Shown here piece after piece: positions 20,170 to 29,671 of a DNA stretch of 64,000 bases. Numbering within the stretch: position 1 is the stretch's first letter; every line of letters begins with the position of its first letter. The position numbers and the translations under genes are program-made. The DNA is from an uncultured Candidatus Saccharibacteria bacterium (GTDB lineage Bacteria; Patescibacteriota; Doudnabacteria; UBA920). The DNA lies in NCBI GenBank assembly GCA_964490395.1, contig CAZBAS010000005.1, forward strand, positions 17,167-81,166, given 5' to 3'. The notes beneath the pieces are model-generated. The model was given only the letters and a program-made list of their open reading frames with translations, searched no databases and was not told where the DNA came from.

Positions 20170-20694
20170 ATGAATAATTCAAAAGCAAAGTATTGGGTTG
20201 GTGCTCTTATAGTCCTGGTTATAATTGCTAGTATCTATTGGGCTATTCAGGCTCAGGGCAATAAAGATACTGACCACGTCACTAGCGCAGATACTGTTAT
20301 GACCGATGCAAACACGCAGCCCTCGCCAGAAGCTATGACCGATACCTCTGCTAGTAACACAGCGAACACTAACGCTGCTACCCCTCCTGCAAAGGGTACT
20401 GGCGCAGTAAAGCTTGCATATGCTGAAGCGCTTAACAAGTATACTGCCAGCCGCATTCAGTTAGATGGCAATTGTCAGGCTGTGCCAAAGGCTACAACGT
20501 ATAAGGCGGGGACAACCATTATGTTCGACAACCGAGCTGGTGTGGCACGTAAAATAATGTATAATCTCAAAACATATACTATAGCTGCCTACGACTACCT
20601 TCTCCTGCCTGCAACTGCTTCTCAATATCCAGCAACCACCTTTGTGGATTGCGGCGATAAGCAAAACGTAGCCACTATTACTATCCAGAAGTAA
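20170..20694 (+). CDS. Membrane-anchored or secreted hypothetical protein
   Basis: N-terminal TM/signal anchor (YWVGALIVLVIIASIYWAI) and a T/A-rich linker. Confidence 0.5.
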   Translation: MNNSKAKYWVGALIVLVIIASIYWAIQAQGNKDTDHVTSADTVMTDANTQPSPEAMTDTSASNTANTNAATPPAKGTGAVKLAYAEALNKYTASRIQLDGNCQAVPKATTYKAGTTIMFDNRAGVARKIMYNLKTYTIAAYDYLLLPATASQYPATTFVDCGDKQNVATITIQK

Positions 20695-20918
20695 GGGTAG
20701 CCTATTCCTGCAAAGCAATCACACCTGTGGTTGCTTTTTTGTTATTCTCTGGCTATGCGCTGTTGTTTTTGCGCATACAATGCTCCTGACTTGGGTCCTT
20801 CATTGGGGGCTAGACACTGGAAATTGTCCGCCCCAGGGGGGTCGCCTTGGGAGGAGAGATTAGAAATTTGCTTGGGGTTTGCTATACTACATACGTCAAT
20901 AATGGTTATATAAAAGTA

Positions 20919-21419
20919 ATGCCAAAGACTACTACCCGCAGCAAAAGTAAAAAAGACGTAATAGAACCAAAGCCTTCTAAGTTTAGACTTATAGCCAAAC
21001 GCTCAAGTGCTGGCCTTGGCTTGTACACCCTGGACCCTATCAAAAAGGGTGAAAAAATAATCCAATACGGCGGATACAAAATAACGAATGAAGAAGCAGA
21101 TAGGCAAGGGGGGAAGTATTTATTCGAAATCATAGACAGTAAATTCACTATAGACGGTACGCCGCGGTGGAATATTGCACGGTACGCAAATCATAGCTGC
21201 AAGCCAAATAGTGAGGCAGTATGGTACGGCCAAAATGTGTGGATTTGTTCCAAGAAAAACCTACAGCCCGGGGATGAAATTACCTACAATTACGGCAAAG
21301 TATATTTTAACGATATTATCGGCGGCGAGAAGCATTGCATGTGCGCCGTGCATCATCCTAAAAAGGGGTACCTCGGCAAGCTAACAGATGCAGAGATAAA
21401 GAAATATGGTAAAAAATAA
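20919..21419 (+). CDS. SET-domain protein (putative protein-lysine methyltransferase)
   Basis: GLGLYTL, ARYANHSCKPN and ITYNYG motifs plus a post-SET CMCAVHH; the track start 20847 is TTG, and the ATG at 20919 (MPKTTT) is more likely. Confidence 0.75.
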   Translation: MPKTTTRSKSKKDVIEPKPSKFRLIAKRSSAGLGLYTLDPIKKGEKIIQYGGYKITNEEADRQGGKYLFEIIDSKFTIDGTPRWNIARYANHSCKPNSEAVWYGQNVWICSKKNLQPGDEITYNYGKVYFNDIIGGEKHCMCAVHHPKKGYLGKLTDAEIKKYGKK

Positions 21420-21506
21420 TGCCTAATGCCTAATATCTAATTTCTAATGCTCGGACCAGATTCAGTCTTTGCCATTAGATATTAGGAATTAGTAATTAGA
21501 CATTTC
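21418..21506. repeat. CTAAT-based intergenic repeat, copy 3
   Basis: taatgcctaatgcctaatatctaatttctaatg ... cattagatattaggaattagtaattagacatttc lies between the SET gene and mscL. Confidence 0.5.
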
Positions 21507-21514
21507 AGCTACTT

Positions 21515-21913
21515 ATGTTACAAGGATTTAAACAATTTATATTGCGGGGCAACGTGGTTGAGCTAGCCGTGGGTGTGGTCATAGGCGCAGCATTTAACAA
21601 CATTGTAAATTCCTTAGTTAAAGACGTACTGACGCCACTCATTGGCGCCATTGCCAAGGTGCCAGATTTTTCTAACCAGGTCTTTGTGCTGAATGGGAGC
21701 AAGTTTACGTATGGCGCATTTTTAAATGCTGCTATCTCGTTTGTACTTATCTCCTTTGCAGTGTACTTCTTTGTGGTAATTCCCATGAACAAGCTCTTGC
21801 ACAGACACGCTCAGGAAGAGCAAAAGCCTAAAACAAAGCAATGCCCGCAGTGTCTGAGCGAAATTCCGATTGAGGCAAAGCGGTGCGCTCACTGTACGCA
21901 GCCTGTGGCGTAA
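21515..21913 (+). CDS. mscL: Large-conductance mechanosensitive channel MscL with a C-terminal zinc-ribbon extension
   Basis: GNVVELAVGVVIGAAFNNIVNSLVKDVLTPLIG is a canonical MscL TM1; a second TM follows, then CPQC...CAHC. Confidence 0.85.
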   Translation: MLQGFKQFILRGNVVELAVGVVIGAAFNNIVNSLVKDVLTPLIGAIAKVPDFSNQVFVLNGSKFTYGAFLNAAISFVLISFAVYFFVVIPMNKLLHRHAQEEQKPKTKQCPQCLSEIPIEAKRCAHCTQPVA

Positions 21914-21974
21914 AATACCTATGCATATACAAAGCCGGACTACGGTTAGTCCGGCTTTTGTAATGGGATCTGCT

Positions 21975-23066
21975 TTAAATAATGGCTCGTTTGCCTCGTT
22001 CTTGCCTTACAATGGTACGAGCGGTGCGGCTATTTTTCTTTTCCCGCTTCTTTTTTGATAGCGTTGCTTCGTAGTCTATTTTGCGGGCGTGGCTGGTGAG
22101 TTCGGTTTTTAGTTTCAGAAAACTGTTATACCGTTCTTTACTCAGGGTGCCGTTTTGTACTGCTGCGAGTAGTGCGCAGCCCTGGCTTAATTGGTGGTCG
22201 CAGTCAGTGAATTTGCACTGTAAAGCCAAGTCTTCTATGTCGCCGAAAGCTGCTTCAAGTGAAGTGGTTTCATCTCCCCAGAGCTGCATTTCACGCATGC
22301 CAGGAGTGTCTATAATTATGCCGCCGCCCGGAAGTACAATGAGTTGCCGTACAGTGGTGGTGTGTCTACCGCGCTGGTCTTCGGCTCGTACTTCACTGGT
22401 TGCCAATACATCATTTTGTGCTAAATAATTTATAAGACTCGACTTGCCTACACCCGAAGGTCCCATAAGCACTGCTGTTTCGCCTGCGGGGAGGTGCTGG
22501 GTAATTGCCTCGATACCAAGGCCTGTTTTAGTGCTGGTAATAAGTATGGGCAAAGTAGGGAAGCGGGCTTTGGCTGCTTCGATGAAGGTATGTTTTTCAG
22601 TTTCAGATACTGCATCTGCTTTGGTTAAGATGAGCGCTGCCTCTACGTGCGCAGTCTCGGGCACGACCAGAAACCGTTCTATGCGGTTAGGATCAAAGGT
22701 GTTTGAAAGGCTTTCCACTATGTACACAATGTCTACATTTGTCGCAATAATTTGCGGCTCTAACCGTTTCCCTACTTTTTTACGTGACAGCTGACTAAAA
22801 CGGGGGAGTACACGAGTAAGCTTTAGTTTTGTGTCGCCGGGTATTGTTTCTACGGTGACCCAGTCGCCTACTTTTGGTCTTTCTTCAGAGCTGGCTCCCG
22901 TAATGAGTGTCTTGGGCGCAATGGCATCTTGTTGGCCGTCTTTGGTATACACGGTGTACCGCGTGCCGTACTCAGCGGTAATGCGCGCAACAGACTCCTC
23001 AGGTGCTACTGTGTGCTGAGTGCGTGCTGTATAGTGGTTAAGACCGAGTGTTTCTAGGGTATGCAT
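21975..23066 (-). CDS. rsgA: Ribosome small-subunit-dependent GTPase A (RsgA / YjeQ)
   Basis: N-terminal OB fold; circularly permuted GTPase (MGPSGVGKSSLINYL); C-terminal zinc finger CKFTDCDHQLSQGCA. Confidence 0.85.
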   Translation of the reverse strand: MHTLETLGLNHYTARTQHTVAPEESVARITAEYGTRYTVYTKDGQQDAIAPKTLITGASSEERPKVGDWVTVETIPGDTKLKLTRVLPRFSQLSRKKVGKRLEPQIIATNVDIVYIVESLSNTFDPNRIERFLVVPETAHVEAALILTKADAVSETEKHTFIEAAKARFPTLPILITSTKTGLGIEAITQHLPAGETAVLMGPSGVGKSSLINYLAQNDVLATSEVRAEDQRGRHTTTVRQLIVLPGGGIIIDTPGMREMQLWGDETTSLEAAFGDIEDLALQCKFTDCDHQLSQGCALLAAVQNGTLSKERYNSFLKLKTELTSHARKIDYEATLSKKKREKKNSRTARTIVRQERGKRAII

Positions 23067-23242
23067 TATAGCTATTGTAGCAAAAATGATAATATAGAGA
23101 TAGGAAATAAGAGAAACAATTGAAATAGAAAATGATTGAGGTAAAGGGCGTTAAGAAATAGAGAAACCGATACTAGCAATCTCATTATTTCTGCTATTTC
23201 GTGAGTCAGCGAACATATTTCTAGTAATATCGAAATCTTACT

Positions 23243-23587
23243 ATGACTTTCACAGAACGGGTAATTTACATAATTAAAAAGATTCCTACAGGGCGCGTGG
23301 CAAGTTATGGGCAGGTGGCAGCGCTGGCTGGTAGTCCTGGTGCAGCGCGGCAAGTAGGATTTATCTTGCGCTCGTCCACTTTAGATAGCCTGCCGTGGTG
23401 GCGCGTTATCAATAATGCAGGCGTGCTCTCTATAAAAGGCAGCTTTGAAGCAACGAAGAGCTTGCAAAAAGATTTATTGGAAAAAGAAGGAATAGAGGTA
23501 TCTGAACAATTTACCGTTCCCATTGAAACATATCGATACCACCCCACCAAAGCCGCCCTCGCCACGTTCCACCAACTTCAAAAATAG
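23243..23587 (+). CDS. Alkyltransferase-like (ATL) protein / MGMT-family DNA-binding domain protein
   Basis: The MGMT C-terminal domain fold has PWWRVIN where the PCHRV active site would be (Trp replaces the acceptor Cys, as in the Atl1/YbaZ class). Confidence 0.65.
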   Translation: MTFTERVIYIIKKIPTGRVASYGQVAALAGSPGAARQVGFILRSSTLDSLPWWRVINNAGVLSIKGSFEATKSLQKDLLEKEGIEVSEQFTVPIETYRYHPTKAALATFHQLQK

Positions 23588-23656
23588 CACTGCCATGGCA
23601 GTGCTATTTTCCAGATACATGATTCGTGATTCTATATTCTTAATTCAGCGCTTCGC

Positions 23657-23923
23657 CTATGCGTGGCTGCTCCGTCGTACCATACTAACTATCCAGAGGA
23701 GCACTACTGCGCCCACAACTGCTACGAGGAAGCTGTACAGATTGAATCCAGTTACTCCACTACCACCCAAGGCGCGGAAGATAAGGCCGCCGATGGCTGC
23801 TCCTAAAATTCCTATTACTACATTCATCCAGCCGTTTACGCGGCCGCCAGCTCCTGCCAGAGAAGAGGCAATAAAGCCAGCTATTGCACCGAACACTATC
23901 CAAAAAAGTATTGTAAGTAACAT
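23657..23923 (-). CDS. GlsB/YeaQ/YmgE family stress-response membrane protein
   Basis: 88 aa with G-rich TM helices (FGAIAGFIASSLAGAGG, VIGILGAAIGGLIF). Confidence 0.7.
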   Translation of the reverse strand: MLLTILFWIVFGAIAGFIASSLAGAGGRVNGWMNVVIGILGAAIGGLIFRALGGSGVTGFNLYSFLVAVVGAVVLLWIVSMVRRSSHA

Positions 23924-23991
23924 ATAATAAGTTCTCCATCGTCAGTTTCCCGTTATGTATTTACAACAGGCAACTGACAATTACATTCTAA

Positions 23992-24234
23992 TTACTTGTG
24001 AGAAGTCTTTTTTCGCGGGGGGACTTTTGCTCCCTTTTCGCGCGCTTCCGAAAGCCCTATGGCTATGGCCTGCTTTCGGCTTTTTACTTTTTTATTGCTT
24101 CGCCCACTTTTGAGCGTGTCCTCTTTGTATTCGCGCATTACTTTTTCTACTTTCCGCTGGGCTTTGTCGCTGTATTTCCTTGTACCCGTTTTTGTGCGTT
24201 TTTTTGTTGCCATACTGTATTGTTCCTTTCGCAC
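23992..24234 (-). CDS. Small basic protein (hypothetical)
   Basis: 80 aa, K/R-rich (MATKKRTKTGTRKYSDKAQRKVEKVMREYKE...). Confidence 0.4.
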   Translation of the reverse strand: MRKEQYSMATKKRTKTGTRKYSDKAQRKVEKVMREYKEDTLKSGRSNKKVKSRKQAIAIGLSEAREKGAKVPPRKKTSHK

Positions 24235-24652
24235 TTACTTTTTATTTCCCATTTAGTATGAACGAGTCTCGTTAAAATAAAATGATTTACAGAATAGCAG
24301 CGGACAATTGTTATGTGGTAGCAGAGCAAGCAGGCTACAGTGCGCATACTCCTCTGGTAATTAACGTGGTGCCCGCTTTTTGACAGCCGCGCTTAACGAA
24401 AAAGTTAATGGTTTTTTAAGTTCTTCATGGCATGCTGTATACATCATTAATCCCACACCGCGAGAATAAAATAAACATATGGCAAATTCTCGCAATGGCC
24501 CGACAAACAAAGCCACCCAACGTGTCCGCAAATGCGCTGGCTCTCGAGGGAGCAATAAGAAGTAGTTCTTCGAGATACTGTATTGATATAAAAAATGACT
24601 ATAGTGTGGACGAAACTCGCACATATAGTCATTTTTATTTTTTATGACTACT

Positions 24653-25456
24653 CTACACCTTTTGCGTTTCTAGATAGTTTGCCTGCTTTATCAGTCCTAA
24701 GTAAGTATCGTGTAATATTCCATTGCTCATGAGGCACCCTTGCACATCTTGGTCATAGCGTTGATTATGACCGTATATATCTGTTACCTTTCCGCCCGCT
24801 TCTTCTACGAGTATTTTTAGTGCAGCTACATCGTATGCGTGCGTATCGAGATAAATAGCTGCCGAGAGTTGTCCGCTGGCAACTAGCATGCCCATGTATA
24901 CAATGGAAAATGCGTTGAGGGGGAGTATATTTGCTTGTTTGAATTGAGGGATGAGTTGAGAAAAATCGTATTTTGATCCTGCCCACAGTGATATTCCCAT
25001 CATTGTATTGAACAGGCCATTCTCTGACGAGACATGCACCGCCCTGCCATTCAATGTACACCCCTTATTTTCTTCAGCCACAAACAGACGTCTTTGGAGT
25101 GGGTCATACACTACTCCCAATATGCTTTTTCCATCTCTTACCAATGCAAGAGAAAAAGCACAAGCGGGTATGCCGTGCGCAAAAACTGCTGTACCGTCTA
25201 GTGGGTCGCACACCCAGACAAAAGACTCGTGCGTTCCGTGACCACTCATTTCTTCGGCAATAATGGGAATGGTTGGAAATTTGGTTTGGAGAGTTTGTAG
25301 CACTAAAGAGTTAATTTCAGTGTCTACATTTGTTACTAGCGAAGAGTCAAATTTTGTATCAATTGTAATGTTTTGGCAAAATGCATCCCTAATAATTCTC
25401 CCAGCTTGGTACGCAAGAGCTACTGCCGCTTCTTTATGTGATTCCGAGGTACTCAT
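24653..25456 (-). CDS. Inositol monophosphatase family protein (SuhB/IMPase-like)
   Basis: WVCDPLDGT and IIAEE motifs; a fold-typical C-terminal aspartate. Confidence 0.8.
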   Translation of the reverse strand: MSTSESHKEAAVALAYQAGRIIRDAFCQNITIDTKFDSSLVTNVDTEINSLVLQTLQTKFPTIPIIAEEMSGHGTHESFVWVCDPLDGTAVFAHGIPACAFSLALVRDGKSILGVVYDPLQRRLFVAEENKGCTLNGRAVHVSSENGLFNTMMGISLWAGSKYDFSQLIPQFKQANILPLNAFSIVYMGMLVASGQLSAAIYLDTHAYDVAALKILVEEAGGKVTDIYGHNQRYDQDVQGCLMSNGILHDTYLGLIKQANYLETQKV

Positions 25457-25713
25457 ATGATTTTATGAAAGATACAGAGAGGGCTAGTGACAAGGTAATT
25501 ATACCCATTTAGATGAAAGAAATATTAAGACCCACATAGGCTACTTGCGTATGGGGAAATCTTTTTCATTATGCCATATATAAGCCACAATTAAACAATA
25601 TTTTTCATTGACCGAAAGTGTTGGCAAATCTATACTCTTCATAAGAGCTTCAGGCGGGGCTCTATTGCAAGCAAGTTTTTAACGCGAGCAAAAAGAAGGA
25701 GGGGAAAACAATT

Positions 25714-26643
25714 ATGGGGACGATAGCCCAAACTAGTCAAACGTATACTTTGCGTTTGACACAGAAGACGGCTCTCTGGCCCGAATTGGTGGTTGCTCCA
25801 TACCTCCAAGCAGAGTTGGAGCAATGGGAAAGTGATATGGCGGAAGACTTCGCCATGTCGCCAAGCATTCTTAAGCCGAAATTCAAAAGCGGCCAACATA
25901 CCCAGTATTATAAAGACGAAAATAAAGCTTTTGGAAATTTCGTTAGGAATCACCAATTAGAAGAGTTGGTTTTGCTTAGTGATCAAGTGTCTAATATTTC
26001 TCAGTATGTCTTTCGTTCGATAGGGATCGGACAAGGGCACGATCTAGAAGGTTTGGTTACTGCTGCCCGGCTTTTCGGTGTTAAGATTAAGGCCTATGAC
26101 TGGGCTACATCTGCGCTTGAAAATGGCCGAGGTGTGCTTACAGAGCTTCTTGAACAAGACTCTGTGACAGACGTAACCCCGCAAAACATTCTGGAACGTG
26201 CAGAGCTTGGGCAATTGCTTGGGCTCGGTGCTGAGGAAAAAGACTGGCCATATATGCAAGGCCGACTCTCGATAGAAGATGCAACGCAGACGATATTAAT
26301 TTCTCTGTCGCGTGTATTACAACATGTGTGCGACAAAAAAACGAAGGCGCACTTTCTGCAGGAACGCAGGGTGGTTCGCATTCTGAGAGGGCTTGGTAGA
26401 ATTATCGCCTTGAATCCTCTATGTCGAGTGGTTATAGTTCATCCTTATCCTGAAGATGAACTGAATCAGCCGATTGAGAAGAAGTATCGAACTGCCGATC
26501 CATATACGCTCAGTTTTTTTGAGCAATGCATTAGCGAAGGCGCTGGTGCAGAGTGTGTTGAGCTTCGTCGCTCGACACATGAGTATATGGGTTGGCAACT
26601 CTATAGTGCATCTACTATAGGGCTACAACAACAAACACCTTGA
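25714..26643 (+). CDS. Hypothetical protein
   Basis: 309 aa; SD-like aggagg upstream; no family recognised. Confidence 0.5.
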   Translation: MGTIAQTSQTYTLRLTQKTALWPELVVAPYLQAELEQWESDMAEDFAMSPSILKPKFKSGQHTQYYKDENKAFGNFVRNHQLEELVLLSDQVSNISQYVFRSIGIGQGHDLEGLVTAARLFGVKIKAYDWATSALENGRGVLTELLEQDSVTDVTPQNILERAELGQLLGLGAEEKDWPYMQGRLSIEDATQTILISLSRVLQHVCDKKTKAHFLQERRVVRILRGLGRIIALNPLCRVVIVHPYPEDELNQPIEKKYRTADPYTLSFFEQCISEGAGAECVELRRSTHEYMGWQLYSASTIGLQQQTP

Positions 26644-26689
26644 GCAGAGATGGAATCCCCACCAATCTCTGCTCTCCCCCTACATTTTC

Positions 26690-28864
26690 ATGAAACAATC
26701 CCTCGTTCAAAAAATAGCTATTTTAAATAAAACAGTTCTGGAGTGTTTTGGTGCGCCTACAGAACAATATATTGTAAAGAAATTTGTCGATACGGGCATA
26801 GTCGTTTTGGGTGCCGACTTTGGGTGTTCGTGGCTGAGGCGTTCGGGCCCTCGTTTTGAGCTAGGCTATAAGAGTCCAGCTATGCCGTATGCTCCAGAGC
26901 CTCCCCGTCGAAGTGATGGCGTTAATGCGCGGATACAGCGTTCAAAAGTGCCGTTGTTGATTGGAGATATTTTACCAAATCGCAAGGTCAAACAAGACTC
27001 TAAGCAGCACATGCGTGCTATCGCAGGTATACCTATCATATATAAGAATGATAATTATGGTAATTTAATCTATTGTTTTAAAAATCCGCGAAAATTTACA
27101 CAGGAAGAAAAGAGTATTTGCGAATTTATTGGAAACGTGACCGCTCAAGCCATACGGATAAACCGTTTGTATGCAAATATAAGCGAGCTTAAACATACCC
27201 TCGACAATGCGCGGGATGCTATGTTTATTTTAGAGCCGGAAGATTTGCGCATTTTATATACGAACCAAACTGCGATAAAACATTTGGGCATGTCGGAGAA
27301 GCAGCTGGTGGGAAAGTCGGTGCGAGAACTACAAACCGGCATACCACTGGATTCATTCCAGGAAATTATTCAAGCAGTGGTGGAGAACCCTGCAGAGCGC
27401 CGATTGTTTGAAACTGAAATTACCTTGCCTGGACAAACCATTATCCCCATTGAAGTTTCGCTTGAGCATGTAGTGAAGGAAAAGTCTGCGGCAGAACCAA
27501 GACTCCTTGCTACTGTGCGCAATTTAACAGACCAGAAAAATGCTGAAAGCGAAATTAAGCGCAGTATGTATTACGACAAGCTCACGGGCTTGCCGAACCG
27601 TAAGTACCTTATGGAGGAGCTTCCTAAGGTAGTAGAGGCAGCAAAGTTGGAGAAGCGCCAGTTCGCAGTTATTTTTGGAGATTTAGATAAGTTCAAATTT
27701 ATAAACGACATGCTGGGTCACGAGCAAGGTGACTTGCTACTAGTAGAGGCGGCAAAGCGGTTGTGGGATGCAGTAGAGAAGCGCGATATGGTGGCGCGTA
27801 CGGGTGGCAATGAATTTATTTTGTTACTGGAACACATGCAGTCCATACAGGACATAGAGCGAGTGGCAGAGCGTATCCAAGCTGCTTTCTCAGAAGCCTT
27901 TATGCTCGAAGGTCAGGAGATATATATGAGTATATCCCTTGGCATAAGTGTGTTCCCAAACGACGGTACCGATGTGCAGGCGCTGTTGCGCAACGGGCAG
28001 GCAGCGCTTCGGTCGGTTAAGGCTACGGGCGGTGGTTCGTTTAGGCACTACTACGGCGACATAGCTGCAGTTTCTCCAGACCAGCTTAAACTACAACAAC
28101 AGTTGCGTCAGGCAGTGAGCAAGGGCCAGCTCGTAGTGTACTATCAGCCAGCCATAAGCCTTGCCAATGGAAAAGTGCTGGCAGCAGAAGCGTCGCTGCG
28201 TTGGAAACATCCGGAACGTGGCCTGCTTTTGCCGGAGGACTTTATGCCCCGCGCAGAAGAAAATGGTTTTGTCGTGGAAATAGGCTATTGGCTTGTTCGC
28301 GAAGTGGCAGGGCATATTAAAGCATGGCAAAAGAAAAAACTAGGGACCATTCCGGTAAGTATAAATTTGTCGTACCGCCAACTAGCTCAGCACAACATTG
28401 TGGAAGACATGACCAAGATTGTCTCAGCAGCAGGCATTGTTCCGCAGCTTCTGTCCATTGAGGTGACCGAGAGCACGGTGATGAAGGATTTAAATCTTGC
28501 GCTGGCCGTACTTACAAAGTTTAAACGACTAGGCTGTAAAATATTGGTGGATGGTTTTGGGCGAGGGTATAGTTCTTTGAAAGACCTCAAGCAAATGCCC
28601 ATAGATAGCATTAAAATAGATCCCTCGTTTATTCAAAGCATTGGCACAGATAAATACGACAATGCCATAGTGACCGCCATTATATCTTTAGCGCACGACA
28701 TGAAGCTCCTGGTAGTTGCAGAAGGTGTCCATGAGAGTGCCCATATAAAGTTTTTGGCTGAACATGGGTGTGACATGGTGCAAGGGGATTGGTTTACAGA
28801 AGCATTGCCAGAGCACGGGTTTGTTTCGTGGGTGTCTGAACTGAACAAAGTTCGCAAAAAATAG
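26690..28864 (+). CDS. Sensory GAF-PAS-GGDEF-EAL cyclic-di-GMP signalling protein (GGDEF likely degenerate)
   Basis: GGDEF domain with LTGLPNRKY, FGDLDKFKFINDMLGHEQGD and the GGNEF variant of GG(D/E)EF. EAL domain with YYQP...EASLRW, EVTES, DGFGRGYSS, IKID, EGVH and QG. Confidence 0.85.
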   Translation: MKQSLVQKIAILNKTVLECFGAPTEQYIVKKFVDTGIVVLGADFGCSWLRRSGPRFELGYKSPAMPYAPEPPRRSDGVNARIQRSKVPLLIGDILPNRKVKQDSKQHMRAIAGIPIIYKNDNYGNLIYCFKNPRKFTQEEKSICEFIGNVTAQAIRINRLYANISELKHTLDNARDAMFILEPEDLRILYTNQTAIKHLGMSEKQLVGKSVRELQTGIPLDSFQEIIQAVVENPAERRLFETEITLPGQTIIPIEVSLEHVVKEKSAAEPRLLATVRNLTDQKNAESEIKRSMYYDKLTGLPNRKYLMEELPKVVEAAKLEKRQFAVIFGDLDKFKFINDMLGHEQGDLLLVEAAKRLWDAVEKRDMVARTGGNEFILLLEHMQSIQDIERVAERIQAAFSEAFMLEGQEIYMSISLGISVFPNDGTDVQALLRNGQAALRSVKATGGGSFRHYYGDIAAVSPDQLKLQQQLRQAVSKGQLVVYYQPAISLANGKVLAAEASLRWKHPERGLLLPEDFMPRAEENGFVVEIGYWLVREVAGHIKAWQKKKLGTIPVSINLSYRQLAQHNIVEDMTKIVSAAGIVPQLLSIEVTESTVMKDLNLALAVLTKFKRLGCKILVDGFGRGYSSLKDLKQMPIDSIKIDPSFIQSIGTDKYDNAIVTAIISLAHDMKLLVVAEGVHESAHIKFLAEHGCDMVQGDWFTEALPEHGFVSWVSELNKVRKK

Positions 28865-29170
28865 CGTATCGTACAACATCATATATATACTAAAACTCCT
28901 CATATGTTTTTCAGAGGAGTTTTGTATAATATAAGTGGTTTTGTATAAGTAAATACCAAGCCTATGAGATTAAACATATTTACCAGGCAAGCACTTCGCC
29001 TTCCTCATACAAAAGTATCGGGTCCTCATGCGGGGTGTACCCTGTGTAAGGATTTTCGGGCAAATTATTACCAAAACATATTTCGGGGAAATGGTTTCTA
29101 TTTTTAATCTGGGAAGGCCCCTACGCACAAAGCGTGTGGAGGCGGACAACTCAGACTATGGAGGCAGCTT

Positions 29171-29425
29171 ATGCCTAAAACAACCAAGTTACTTACGAAT
29201 TTTGTAAAATATATTGGTGCAAAAAAGCACGGAGTTAAAATAAAATACGAACGGACTCCAGCTGGTGGTATCCCTGGCATGGCCGCGGGGTCGGTGTTTC
29301 GCAGTAGCGTGCTTCGCCCGCTCTGTCGTATACGCAATACAGATAGATTTGTTCGGGCAATGAGCAAGGACTCCATTCATCATTCCATACTACATTCAGG
29401 CCGGGTGTTTGAGTGTCCAACGTAG
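29171..29425 (+). CDS. Hypothetical small basic protein
   Basis: ggagg SD 6 nt upstream of the ATG; 84 aa. Confidence 0.3.
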   Translation: MPKTTKLLTNFVKYIGAKKHGVKIKYERTPAGGIPGMAAGSVFRSSVLRPLCRIRNTDRFVRAMSKDSIHHSILHSGRVFECPT

Positions 29426-29671
29426 CGAACTATGTACTGAATGCCATGGAGTGTCCCTATTCTGCCCAGCTTTCTGGGCAGAATTTGTTTTATTTGGGTA
29501 TTCATATGTTCTTCATGTGGTCATCATACTATAATGGAAGATACTCATATACTAATGAGCGCACCGATGCCATGGCCGCAGGGGTGCCATACGACTGACT
29601 AAAAAAGCAGTCACATTAGTATATGTTTGTATCTACAGGGTTGATATCTATATTTAGTAGCTAAAAATTTT

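Noticed and set aside
23523-23927. 134-aa + ORF overlapping the GlsB/YeaQ/YmgE gene
   Set aside because: The minus-strand 88-aa ORF has the conserved G-rich TM signature of a known family; the + ORF is P/A/T-rich low complexity.
24361-24647. Three overlapping small ORFs in the AT-rich 24235-24652 intergenic region
   Set aside because: They are mutually overlapping on both strands with biased, low-complexity translations; no SD.
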